A stretch of 63,438 nt of DNA, counting the filler, from Welwitschia mirabilis (taxonomy: Eukaryota): the NCBI GenBank assembly GCA_051453625.1. It is 4 parts of one record of this genome, joined end to end, with 100 filler letters (N's around TTAATTAATTAA, not from the genome) between each part and the next. Parts side by side here need not be neighbours in the genome. Positions count along the whole stretch, not along the records: positions 26,549 to 57,679 come from JBOZIK010000001.1; 3 more parts are not named here. One strand, given 5' to 3'. Made by a program: the position numbers and the translations under genes. Of the stretch, positions 28,760 to 41,801 are shown piece by piece (the stretch's first letter is position 1; the number at the start of each line of letters is the position of its first letter). The notes under the pieces are model-generated. The model did no database searches. It saw only the letters and a program-made list of their open reading frames with translations, and had not been told where the DNA came from.

Positions 28760-31450
28760 CTTAATTTCTTTATTGCCTCTATACAGTGGACAATCCTTCA
28801 CCAAAGGTAACTAAGCAAGATCATCTATTAGTAGGATAGACCTTCCATCAAACCTCATGTGCTGGTGAGCTGAAAATATCTCTTTAAGCCTTTTGTCAAG
28901 ATTAACTAACATCTTACTAGCTATGAAACTTATCTTATCAAAAATGATGTACTTAACATTTTTTTATCCATTCTTAAAGTTTTAGCAATTGTCTTGATGA
29001 AGTAAACTCATAGTCATTGATCTTAATATCCAACAATGAATGTATTGTTATCCCATTGATGTTGTAAGCTATGACTCTGACTAGTGCTAGAACCATAATA
29101 ATACCTCTATTATTTTAACACATCTTTTCAATTTCATTACCTAAATCATGAATGAAAAAATATTTTTTTGGTTCTACTGTTCTTTGAATTATCATTTGTA
29201 AAGATTGAATGTCTTTTTGCTCAAATTCATATAACACCAAATGAGATATGACTATGTTAAAGTATTTATTTTATTTTAAATCAAGGCTAGATAGGTCAAT
29301 AATTTGATTTATTTCATCTTAGACAAATAAATTATGTGATTTCCTATTATAATAAATAAAGGAAATAACATATTTTACAAAATCTTTTCCTTCATAGTTT
29401 GTAGATCAATTATATTGTCTATCAACATCACACTAGCCAAGCATGTCATGTTCACTTCTCTGAAGTAGGCCTTCATTTAGTATATGTCTTATTAATATGT
29501 GATAATCATTTTCATAATGTCTCATATGAAATGGTTCCACATCTTCATGTTGATTCTTCCCAGTAATGGTACATTCAAAATTGTAATCATGTTATGGACT
29601 ACACTACTTATACATATGTGCAAAAAACATCTAATTAGCTTGTATTTCTTCATTTATGTTTTCCAAATCACTTTTGACATCTCTAAATTTATAATGAAGA
29701 GGTATCTAAGCCTAATGATAAGCCATCCATTTACATCTAGGTTGAATTGCCCCTAAAATCTAGGAATAACTCTAATAATTGTATGTTCCTTTTTAGGATG
29801 CTACACATCATATCCTCTTTTCCTTGGATCTAATACATAATATGTTTACATAATTGGATAATGACATGCCTTCCATATGCAGTGGTCTATTTTAGTATTG
29901 ATCTACTAATGTGGTATACACAAATTCTTCATTTATAACATGGCTTTGTCTCACTTTTATATAGACCTTCTTAGATACATTAAGTGGTATAAATACCCTA
30001 CTACTTTCAATTAAAGGAATTCACTATAAAATGTGGTACATTTATAGAGCTTTACTATCATAATATGCTATATTATCCATTATTAGACTCTTATAAACTA
30101 AAATGGTAGGCTCACTAGAATCTCTATTTTGTGATAGCTTCATTAATGTGTTAAAATATTACTTTAATTTCTTTTCTAGCTTTAAAACATACTTTACAAT
30201 ATACTATGTAATAAAATATTTATTGAGGATCTATTAGAATTCTGTATTTGCTTAACATATCTACAAAATCATATCATTATGAAAATTTAACCTATAATCA
30301 TTTCTCCTTGGTTCATACTTCTTCTCATTATTTACATCTATATACAACCTAGAATCATAATGTTGTAAATCTCATGGAATATTATATCTACATTAATTAA
30401 TAAGCATTACTATTTATAGGTTGAAGATATTTATTATGCTAAAACTATAGTAGTATGTGGGTACATGTACATTTATCATCCAGTTCATTTTTTCAAACAT
30501 GCTCTAGCCTTACAAACAATATATCTCTAAACACTATTTAATAAGGTGGTGTAATCTTGATCTACTTGCATATGAAGTTCTCTTTTTGTAATTGACATGA
30601 AATTCTTATTTCTCTAATTTGCAATGTAATATTTTCTTTTGTAAAGAGCTTTTTAAAAACTTTAAATTGTAGAAATAAGAGGATGCCATTTAAGATGCAT
30701 ATGATTAAGTAACCTTATAATCATCTCTCCTACATTTCTATACCTTAATTATTCTTTATTTCTATTTTTGTATGTCTAGACTTTTATAAGTGCAGTCGAT
30801 GGTTTCATATCCAACATATCTATGAAGAAAAAATGGTGGATAATGATTTTAGCTTAGATTACTCTCTCCTTTTCCACTCTATTTTCTTAATTATATTTAA
30901 TTGTATTTGCATGAAAAGAAAGAGAAATGAAAGAAAAAGAGTTATGTGATTGCATAGTTGTTCTTCTATTTCTTTCTTGTTTTATTTCAAAATACTATAA
31001 CTTTAATTATTTTGGTACTTTTATAGACAAAGATGGAAAGAAAAACTAAATACACAAAGATACTAAAAAAGCTTCATTTGGATGTAAAGGATAAATAAAT
31101 ATTGGAAGAATTAAGTTACATGGTTATATGTTTATTCCTTTTTCTTATTTTGTCATCAACGGATGGAACTTCTTCTTTCTTGTCATTTTGTAGAGAAAGA
31201 AAGAGAAATGAATGATTATATAATTATTTTCTATTTCAAGAAGAGAGAGATAAATAAATGAATAAATAAGCTATGTAATTACATATTTTCTCTTCTTTCT
31301 TTCTTTCTTATTTTGTCTTGAACTACCTACAATGTTTTTTTAATTACTTTTTTTATCCTTTTATAAAGAAAGAGAAATGAAGAGATAAATAAGTTACATA
31401 ATCATATATTTGCTACCATTTTTTCATTAATTAGCTTTCCCTTTTTTCCA
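28760..31450 (-). mobile_element. Helitron-like element copy 1: decayed RepHel (HUH Rep + PIF1 helicase); boundaries approximate
   Basis: Rep: CRYNIP...YEPRRNDYRLNFHN...ANTEF...YIVKYVLKLEK...IPLIESSRVFIPLNV (~29980-30390). Linker: TLVDQY*NRP...IIRVIPRF. PIF1: SLQMIIQRT...VLALVRVIAYNINGITIHSLL...VKYIIFDKISF...LDKRLKEIF...FDGRSILLIDDLA*LPLVKDCPLY (~28780-29215). Confidence 0.85.
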
Positions 31451-31499
31451 TTGCTTCACTATTTTCTTCTAACAATAAGATATTCTTTGCATTAATAGT

Positions 31500-34400
31500 T
31501 GGTTTCTTTTGGTAAATGGTAAAAATATATTGAAGTCATTTGTTATATAAATCATAAAGCAAATAGCTATGTTTATAATGATGACTAAACTCTAAAATCA
31601 ACATTTAAGAAAGATGATAAATACAAAGAAATATTTAAAACTTATCATACCTAAATATCACATGCTTAAAGAATCTTCATCCATCATTGAGTTTTACACT
31701 ATTCTTCAAATCTATTTCTTGTTATTTAGAGTGATTTATTTAAAGAGTGCTAATCACTTTTTGATTAAGCAATTTCTTCAGAGTATTTTGATTGTGTTTT
31801 GATTGTGTGCATTTGTCTAGGCATTTTTATAGGGTGAATATGGCCTATCATGCGTAAAGATTAGATGTCTTTTTTTTGAAATTCTTATAGCATCAAATGA
31901 GATATGAGTATGTTGAAGTATTTCTTTTATGTTAAACCAAGGCTAGATAGGCTAGTAATTTAATTCATTTCATTTTGAACTAATAAATTATGTGATGTTT
32001 CATTATATTGAATAAATCAAATGTCATATTTTACAAATTTTTCCCCTTTATAGTTTGTAGACTAATTACATTATCTATCAAAATCATCTGATTCTAGTAT
32101 GTCATGTTTACTTCTTTGAAGTAGGCCTGCATTTAGTAGATGTCTCATTAATACTTAATAATCATCATCATGTCATGGACCACACTACTCATACTTATGT
32201 ATAATAGACATTCATTTAGCTTGTATTTTTTCATCTTTATTGTCAAATCATGTTTGATATCTCTAAATGAGTAATGAATAAGTAGTTAAGCCTAACAAAT
32301 TAAATTATCCAAAAATAAATCTAAGAATAGCTTTAACAACTACATGTTTCTTTTTAGGATATCATGCATCATCTCCTATTTTCCTTGGATTAAATACATA
32401 ATATTTTATAGCATGGAATAATGAAATTGATGCACTAGAAAATTGTGTATATTCAATAGGGTTTTATAAGATGTTTTATAGGACATTTACATAAATTTAG
32501 ATGCAATTCTGAGGAGTATAGAGAATTAATATAAGATCTCAAAATATGCAATTCTTGTCATAACTAGAGGCATTTAAGGAATATTCTGATGCATATGGTT
32601 TTGGAGGAAAATCAATGATGTAAAAAAAGGCTTCTCTCTAGTGAAAAAGACAAAAAGAACTATTGTACCCTTTGTCATCCCCACAATAGCCAAAACAATA
32701 AAACTGTAGATGCCACATAAGAATGCTGATGTGGATTTGAGCCAAAACTATTGAGTCATCCTTTCTTAAGAGTTGCCATTCACTCATGTCATCCAAACAA
32801 TATCCAAGATGACAGTTGTAATTATCAACTAACCTTTATTCGTTTCATCCATTTCTTTCTTATAATTAAGTTTATTTTGCGTCACCTTTTATATGTCAGT
32901 GTTATTTCTTAACCCTATAAATAAGACTCCTTTGATCTCCTCTTTATATTCAATGCACAAGAAATTCTTATGATAGGAGATTAAAGGATGGGAGATTCAT
33001 CTTGAGAGTTGTAAAAAGATGTTTCTTTGGTAAAGATATATGCATCCTCCATTAAGGATTTGATGTTTTGTAATCTAGATTCTAGTTCCATTTAATATAA
33101 AACTCTATTTTCATTTATGTATTTAGATCTGTTATATGTCTCTTATGATTTATGCTGCTCTTGATCCAGTGATAGTTTCATTCGTGATATGGGTCTTAAT
33201 GGTATCCTTTGTTTAGGCTGAAAGAAAGTAGTTTAGATTCACTTTTCATTGCATTTGCATTTGCATTGCGTCTTTATTTTTTGCATTATTCTTAAAATTT
33301 AATTATAATTTTTTTTAGAAATTAATTCTAATTCTTCTCGCATAAGTATTCAATGAATTATAACATTCAAATTAACTTCCATCTATATTAGTATTCTGTA
33401 TTATGTAGATATCTATTTTTAGTTGTAAATGACAAGATATTCATGAGTGTAATCATTTTCATAAATATGCATCAAAACATCTTGGTGCTATTACCAAGGA
33501 AGGCAACTAATTAGTATGAGGATTGTTGTCATTTGGGTGAGTAAATTGGATTCCTATTTGATTATTTATCTGTAGTGACACTATATTTTTAATTAGGAAT
33601 TTTTTATTTTCAATTTTCATTTTTTTAGTTTTTGATTTTTCATAGTCTGAAATAATAGTTATCATTTTCCTTGTCATTTCCACAACAAGATGGATGATCA
33701 CTCATTTGTTATTTTTTCATTTTATTTTTAAATTTTAGATTTTTTTATTAGCATAATAATAATTTTTCCATTTTCTATGTTGTTCGCATAACCGGAAGGA
33801 CAACAGTGTGTGTATTTTTTGCTTATAGCTTTCTGCTTTATTGAATTTCTGTTTCTTATTTTCTATGTTTATAATACTTTATGTCATCCCCATGATAGTT
33901 ATGACAACTATTTGTTTTTTTAGATTTCATTTTCTATTGTTTTCTATTTTTAGGATGTTGTGACATGATCAGCCTAAGAAAGAAATATTAGAGAGAAAGG
34001 TGGTTAATTGAAGAGAACATTAGAGAAGGACTAGTAAACTTTAGAATCAAATTGAGAAAACAATCTCTAGGTGTATATAATCTTCTTTTTAAATTTTTTT
34101 TAAATCCAATTCCATTCAAGAAAATTTTGGAGAATATAGTAATTTTTCAATGTCGAGCACTGCATAAAAGTAAAAACAAGTTGTAGGATCTTCAACTCCT
34201 AGTCCTAATATGAACTTTTTCATTAGGGAATTACTAGTAAATAGGAAACAAGAAATTCAAAACCCTTTCGATTTACCACTAGGAGATGATGTTAAGTTCA
34301 AGAATCTAAATTCCTATCCAATCTTTTATGATGAGTATAATGAGGATCTCCTCCAACACATTATAGATATAGAACTATTAATTATTACCTCCAAAAATAG

Positions 34401-37400
34401 AAAGAAGAGGATTTTGATAGAACCTATATGGTAGTCTTTTCCATGACATTAAAGGAACGAGAAAGACTTTAACTAAAAAATATATCCCATAAAATTTGAA
34501 AATCTTGAGATCAAGTCAAAGAAACCTTCATTAAAAGATTCATGAGTGAAGCAACCATTATAAAAAAGAAAAAAAGTGATAAATTTTAGACAATAATTAA
34601 ATGAAAATTATGCTTCCACATATGAATGATTCTTTATAACAGACAATTCTAATTTAGTAGATGCTTTTACATGAGAAGAACTAATTACTTTTATAGTGGG
34701 CTAAATTATAAAATAAAATAACTTATAGACTTCTCTTGTGATGAAAACCTTATGAACCTTACATTAGATAATTCCTAAAAAATATTAGAAGAACTTGTGA
34801 AGGTAAGCCAAACTTGGCTAACATCATAAGATAACTACACTATAGGAGAAATTCTCAAAGATTTAAAAAGAAAAGGAGGTGAAATATAATCCATAAAACT
34901 AATTAAAGATTTAACAACAACTCTAGAAAAGTATACTAAAATATTTTTAGATGTACAATTAGCAACTAAGAAGAATATTATGCCAACATGTGACTTATGC
35001 AAGGACAATTATCACATTATCAAGGATTGTCCACTATTGCCAATATACAAAAAGAAAATACACAAAGAAGTTTGCCCTTTCAATCAAACATTTTCAAACT
35101 CAAAAATCAAAATTAGACATAACCTAGGTTGAATACACATTTTCAAAATAACTTTTAACCTTTTAAAAATTGATTTAAAAATTTAAACTTTCAACAAAGT
35201 ACATTAAATTTTCAACATCAAGATGGTTCTCTTTAAAACTCTATTATTAACCTTGTCAAATTACAAGAAAAACAAAATGCCAATATTAAAAACTTAGTAA
35301 ACATCCTTCAACAAACCATGTTGGCAAATCAAAGACCACAAGAATCATTGGCAATACAACCTCTTCCAAATTCCAATAAAGTAAGAAGAGACTGTAAGGT
35401 TATAATAAAACATGAACATGAATTAAATACTTCTCCTTTTAAAGCATCAACCTCCCAAAATGACACTCAAGATGATAAAGAGGAAGAAGACATTAAAATA
35501 TTAGAAGATTATAACTTCCCTTCTCTTGGTAAAAACAAAACAAAAAATTCTCCATAAAAGCAACTAGCTACCTATTGGCTTGATAGGCTTAATAATAATT
35601 TAACTTTCAATGAATATCTCAAAGCCTTGAAGTTTTTGCAACAAAATATAGGGTACTTAAAGCTATGAAAAGACTTAACAAGAAGAAAATAAAAATGAGT
35701 TATTTCTAATAGAGGCTTTTTAGATCAATCCCTCATGAATTTAGTGTTTCAAAAATCTTCAAAATTTGACGATCCAGGGGCAGTAATGATGAATGTTATA
35801 TTAGAGGGAAATAAAAAGATCAAGAGATCTTTAATTGAAATTGGAACAAGTGTTAACATCATGCCATTAAATATTTGCAAAAGACATGGTTTATAAGGTA
35901 GAACAAAGCCTACTCTAATTCTTTTAGAGTTATCGAATACTTTGGTTAAGAAATACTTAATGGTTATTAAAGATTTAGTGATCCAAATTGAAGAGGCCTC
36001 ATACTCGATAGATGAGATTTTCATAGACGTTAAACATAATGGAGGATACCCATTACTTCTAGGATGAGCCTTATGTGTAATAGTATACTACATTATTGGA
36101 ATAAGAACTAAGATGATGGACTATCATCTAAAAAACAAAAAGTGCATAATTAGAGTTTTTAATGCAGCCAAGAAAGATCTAGGTGATGAAATGAATAGAA
36201 AAAGTAAAATCAAATTAACTTTATTCTTTCAACATCATTCCCTTCAAGAAAAAGACTAATATTACATGAGCCTACATTTTATGATAATCCAATTGAGATT
36301 AAGAATGTATAAGCCTTTGATACATCCAAATTTGGGCATGAATTTTTAGATTAAAATGAAAAATAAATAAAAACCTTATATTGCAAGGAACCCCAATTGT
36401 TAAATAAAAACTCAGACCTTAAGGGAGATTGTCTACTACATGAGCCAAAGACTAAAAAATTTAGTTTGAAACTAAAACATATTCTTGGTGGATTAAAATA
36501 TACTTTTCTTTGTAATGATTAAAACAAAACTCTCATAATAAATGAAAATATTTTTTTTAAAACAAGAGTCAGTATTAATATTCCTTTTCACTTTCAAAAT
36601 TCATGTGTTTGTATGGTCTCATAGAGATTTACCTACTATTCCTTTCTTCCTTCAATTAGTTCTAATGATACTTTTATGTTTTATTAATTAGTGAATATTT
36701 GATTTAGGCCTTATTTATCTAAAAGAATGCAATGTTATGAGATCATTAAAAAAAAAATCTTTCCTTTTTTCTTCATTTCAATAAAGTATTGAATAGATTT
36801 TAGGATTTAACTAAACTTTATTTTTAGTTTGCCTTGGTGTTTTCTTTTTTTTCTTATGCATTTATGATTATGACTTTGATTTTTAAGCAATAAATTAATT
36901 TGTGGTTAGATTATTACCTTTTTAAAAAAATTTATCATAATGGCTCTATTGAGATTTCTGATTTAATCACTAAATAAATTCATAAATTTAATGGGCAAAG
37001 GTTGGAAATATATGAGAAACCTTCTAAATTTTCTCTTAGGATTTTCCTTTGGAGGCCATTATGACATTACTTAATTATTTTTCAAACATGACTTATGTAT
37101 TTATTTCCATGACTAGTCTTTTTGACTTGGGCATTTTACAGTGGAAAGATTGGATTTACCCAAATTTAAAACATTCACACATCTATGAACTTTAGATTAA
37201 AAGGGAATGGTTTATTTTTTATGTTTTTTCTCAATGATGAAAAAGGTATTAGATTGTTTAAGGATGTTTTTTTATGTCTTTATCTTATGAATTCATCTTT
37301 TTTTTTTTTTGGAGTGTTCGGTCATGTAGAATTTTCAACTATGCAAAAGAAAAAAAATGTGAAATAATGCCATGATGTTTTATATTTGAGATACATGAAA

Positions 37401-39535
37401 AACATGGTCACCATAATGTCCTACTATAAGTAAACTGGTGAAAATTTTCCTAAAAGGAATCTTTGGCAATGTAATATAGTACTATGAGAACTTTTAGTTG
37501 GCCATGCTTCATAGGTCCTTACTTCTATAACTGTAGTTACACTCCCCTCATCATGCATAGATAGATAATAAAATAATAAAAATGTAGAGGCTACAAGATT
37601 AGTGATGTTCCTGGTGTTATCAAAATCATGTTTGTTTTCTAGACTCTTCTTCTTCTATATAATCATTTCATTTCTTAAGATTCAGGTGTTTGCTTAGAGA
37701 TGTAAGTAGGTAAGTTTATTTTTAAGTAACTCTTTTACCTTATCATTCATTGTTTAAAGAATTTTACTTTTAGTGATATTATAACCACTTCCTCATCAAG
37801 GGAATTATTTTATACATCAAGTCATGCATTTTTCAATTAAGTAATGTTATGATTTCTTTCATAAGAGTCTACTAGGCTAAAATTTTGGGTAGATAGACTA
37901 TCTTATTTATGTTTCTTTATTTCCAATCCTTTTTTTTTCTTTTGTTGTTTGATTAGTTATTTCAAAGTCATTTCCGTAATTAACTAAACATGTAATAAAG
38001 AATATAAAACTTTTACTTACAGCATTAAGTCTATCACACTCATCAAATCTATCATTTCATGCATTCAAGTTTTATAAAGATCCTTACATTATACATGTGT
38101 TATTTATTACTAGAGCAATATATGAAGAAAAGAAAAATGGATTTCTTATAAGGGTAGCTTTAAAGTTGGAAATTAACCATTTAGAAAAAGCATAGGAAGC
38201 TTTCACATTCCAAACTTGAAAATTTGGTTTGGAATTCTTATTTTTCTAATTTGCAATGTTATCTTTTCTTTTGGAAATAATGTTTTGAAAATTTTAAATT
38301 GTAGAACTAAGAGGATTTTATTTAAGATGCATATGATTGAGTAACCTTATAGTCATCTCTCTTACATTTCTCTACCTTCATTCTTTCCAATTTCTATTTT
38401 TGTGTATCTAANNNNNNNNNNNNNNNNNNNNNNNNNNNNNNNNNNNNNNNNNNNNNNNNNNNNNNNNNNNNNNNNNNNNNNNNNNNNNNNNNNNNNNNNN
38501 NNNNNNNNNNNNNNNNNNNNNNNNNNNNNNNNNNNNNNNNNNNNNNNNNNNNNNNNNNNNNNNNNNNNNNNNNNNNNNNNNNNNNNNNNNNNNNNNNNNN
38601 NNNNNNNNNNNNNNNNNNNNNNNNNNNNNNNNNNNNNNNNNNNNNNNNNNNNNNNNNNNNNNNNNNNNNNNNNNNNNNNNNNNNNNNNNNNNNNNNNNNN
38701 NNNNNNNNNNNNNNNNNNNNNNNNNNNNNNNNNNNNNNNNNNNNNNNNNNNNNNNNNNNNNNNNNNNNNNNNNNNNNNNNNNNNNNNNNNNNNNNNNNNN
38801 NNNNNNNNNNNNNNNNNNNNNNNNNNNNNNNNNNNNNNNNNNNNNNNNNNNNNNNNNNNNNNNNNNNNNNNNNNNNNNNNNNNNNNNNNNNNNNNNNNNN
38901 NNNNNNNNNNNNNNNNNNNNNNNNNNNNNNNNNNNNNNNNNNNNNNNNNNNNNNNTGTATCTAAACTTTTATAAGTGCAATCGATGGTTTCATATCCTAC
39001 CTATCTATGGAGAAACAATGGTGGATAATGATTTTAACTTCAATTGCTTTCTCCTTTTCCACTTTATTTGCTCAGTTGTTATGCAATTTTTATTTGATTC
39101 GGTTGGCATGTAAAGAAAGAGAAATAAAAGAAGAAATAAGTTATGTGATTGCATAGTTACTTTTTAATACCTTTCTTATTTTAGTTCAAAATATTTCTAC
39201 TTTGATTTTTTTGGTATTTTTATAGATAAAGATGGAAAGAGAAACCAAATAAGTAAAAACACTAGAAATGCTTCATTTGGATGTAGAGAAGGGAAGAGAA
39301 ATTTAGGAATAAGTAAGTTACATGGTTATATATTTGTTCTCTTTTCTTATTTTGTTATCAACGCATGGAACTTGTCCTTTCTTATTATTTAGGAAGAAGT
39401 AAGTTACACAGTTAGTTGCTTTTTTAAATGAAAATAAAATATTAAGGTTAAAAACTATATTTAAAAATAATTTTAAAAAAGGAGCAATGTTTCCTCAGAC
39501 ATATCTGTCCTTGGGAGTTGGGCTCTTAGCCCAAA
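31500..39535 (-). mobile_element. Helitron-like element copy 2, internally deleted and interrupted by a family C LTR element; 5' terminus at 39535, 3' end not resolved
   Basis: 31845-32427 aligns with 29190-29865; 38230-39390 aligns with 30600-31190. LPMLFLNG (FPTLFP-G-like) at ~38180-38200. The minus strand starts A|TTTGGGCTAAGAGCCCAA (hairpin) at 39535. Confidence 0.75.
32428..37980 (+). mobile_element. Athila-like family C element: 5' LTR 32428-33479, PBS 33483-33500, gag ~34150-35700, aspartic protease ~35750-36170, no RT/RH/IN, 3' non-coding region; 3' LTR missing
   Basis: TGATGCAC...AAAACA followed by TGGTGCTATTACCAAGGA. gag QNPFDLP...NLNSYPIFY...EDLLQHI. Protease KFDDPGAV...LIEIGTSVNIMPL...YPLLLG. 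37400-37950 is homologous to the family A 3' non-coding region (reverse complement of ~1650-2220). Confidence 0.85.
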
Positions 39536-39539
39536 TTAT

Positions 39540-39730
39540 GTTTTTATTTAATTAAAAACTATTATGTAATAAATACACTTTTCTTTTATTAGAAAACTAT
39601 TATGTAGTAGATGTGCTTTTCTTTTATTAGAAAACCGTTATGTAGTAAATATGCTTTTCGTTTATTAGAAAATCGTTATGTAATCATTGTATTTTTTAAT
39701 TATAAAATCATTCTATAATAATTATGCTTT
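39540..39730. repeat. 38-bp minisatellite (left arm of the inverted duplication)
   Basis: Repeats of TTTTCTTTTATTAGAAAACCGTTATGTAGTAAATATGC-like units; reverse complement of 44570-44770. Confidence 0.85.
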
Positions 39731-40274
39731 TGAAAAATCATTTTACTAATCAAAATTTTAGTTCTTAAGAGGCACTTTTACACAAATCAAAAATTTTTTT
39801 AATGAGGAACTCTTCCACTAATTACAATGTTAGTTTTCGAGAACATTATCTTATTACTTTTTCAACATTTAAAAATGAGATAATCTTTTATATGTTTTAG
39901 TCAATCTAAAAGGAATGAACCATCTTTAGAACATCACATGCTTCAGAAGATCACTTTAATCATAAAATTACCATCAAAGTTTTCCCATATATCAAAATTT
40001 ATAATACAATACTTTATAAAAATACATACATTTCCAATCAACCATCAAAACATAAGCATCGACATGGCTAAGATATTCACCTCAAGGGATAAAATATATT
40101 ATAATTAGTTTTAGTAAAGCACATAAGCATAAGTCTTATNNNNNNNNNNNNNNNNNNNNATAGTGTAAGAAGAATGCATCGTAACATACCCTTAATTATC
40201 TCACAAAACACATTCTCTAAACTTAACCAATATGCATAACTTAACTGAAACATTATTATATTATGAAAACCTTA

Positions 40275-40631
40275 TTTGGCTGAGAGGCCATCGCCAGTCT
40301 GTGATTTGTCTGGAACAATATTACACCTATTTTTTAAAAATTTTATTTTTTGCTTAAAAAACTTATAAAACATCAAACTTAATTAATTTGGAAATGGTAG
40401 AGGTAATAAATGTTGAAACAACAATTATAATAAATTTTGAAACGGAAAACATTAATTTCTTTTAAAGCATTTAACCTCATAATTTTTGAAAAGGTAAACT
40501 TATGACCCCATTTTCACCCTTTAAAAAGGGCCAAACAAATGCACATAAACAAAGCATGAATAAAAGGTGGAAAACATTGATACATCTCAGCCAACTTATA
40601 GATACATATTTATGATATATATCTAAGCTAG
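40275..40631 (+). mobile_element. ~360-bp non-autonomous Helitron-like element, copy X1
   Basis: A|TTTGGCTGAGAGGCCA...TCTCAGCCAA...CTAG|T with no TSD. The empty site CCTTA|TCATAC is present in the paralogous arm (reverse complement of ~43573-43583). Confidence 0.85.
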
Positions 40632-40939
40632 TCATACATCATTTCAAAAAATCAAAACAAAAACAAATATTTAAAGCTTTATATGCAATGTTATAATAGC
40701 TTAGCTACTGTAAGGTGTTATGTTTTATGTCCAAGATTGCCTTTTTGAAAAGAAGAAAATGTTTACAATTCTTGAATTTGATCAAATACAACTGAAAGAT
40801 TCTCATAGGCAGGATTGGAGGTTTCTAAAGCTTCCAATCTACATAAACGAAAAAAAACTAGATTTTTGCTTAAAATTCCATTTTCCTCTTCAATGTTTCC
40901 CTTCCACAACATAATTGAGAGTTGCTCACTATGATATTA

Positions 40940-41353
40940 ATGACTTGTATGATGGAAATACTAAATGACAGTTGTAATCTCCATATCCTTGCCAAAATAG
41001 TGCTTCACAAATGTAGGGCTTTTCCTGTGCATGGCGAAAGGAAGTTTAAATGTGTGAGCTACAGACACACATTTGGATCTTGGCAAGCTCTAGGCAATGG
41101 TTGCTTTAAGAAATAGCAACAATAGGTGAGGCTGTGTAGGAGCCAATGTAAACATTTTGCATCGCTACTGATCTACTTGTGCATGCTCAAGGGTTATATT
41201 TCCTCTGCAACTGAAGCAGCAGCTGAAACTAAGATAATCCAGCTTAAACAATCATCGTCTTCTTCTTCATCTCCATCCATGCATGCCCAAAGGTCATTCA
41301 AGTGTTTGAAATGCGATCACAGATTCCCTTCAAGTTGGGCTCTTAGCGGATAA
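40940..41353 (+). pseudogene. C2H2 (QALGGH-type) zinc-finger pseudogene, inverted paralog of 43020-43412
   Basis: MTCMMEILNDSCNLHILAKIVL...KFKCVSYRHTFGSWQALGNGCFKK* then ...HAQRSFKCLKCDHRFPSSWALSG*. Premature stops, deletions and lost zinc ligands. Confidence 0.9.
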
Positions 41354-41481
41354 ATTTTGAGTGAACTCTAGATGCGTTTTTTGAATTCCTCCATTAGAGT
41401 AATCCGAGCAAGCACCTTTAGCATTACTTGTGTTAAGTAGGAAGAAAATTTTCCAATGGATAATGTTTTTTAAGGAGATAA

Positions 41482-41801
41482 TTTGGCCAAGAGGTCATCT
41501 CGAGTCAGTGATTTGTCTAGGATAGTGTTATGCCTATTTTTAAAAAAAAATATTTTGAGTTAAAAAACTTATAAAACATCAAACTTAATTTGGAAATAGT
41601 AGAGGTAAAAAAATGTTGAAACAGTAATTCTAATAGATTTTGAAATGGGAAACCTTAATTTCTTTTGAAACATTTAACCTTATAATTTTGAAATAGTAAA
41701 CCCAATTTATCCTTAATTTCTTTTGAAATAGTAAATATCAAACAAATGCATACAATCAAAACATGATTAAAAGTTGGAAAACATTGATAAATCTTGGCTA
41801 G
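41482..41801 (+). mobile_element. Non-autonomous Helitron-like element, copy X2 (3'-shortened)
   Basis: A|TTTGGCCAAGAGGTCA..., homologous to X1. Similarity ends at TCTTGGCTAG|T, within the sub-terminal repeat. Confidence 0.8.

Noticed and set aside
29760-29850. YVLDPRK...PR initially read as a CACTA transposase C-terminus
   Set aside because: The flanking frames give Helitron Rep and PIF1 motifs in the correct order, so it is the RepHel linker.
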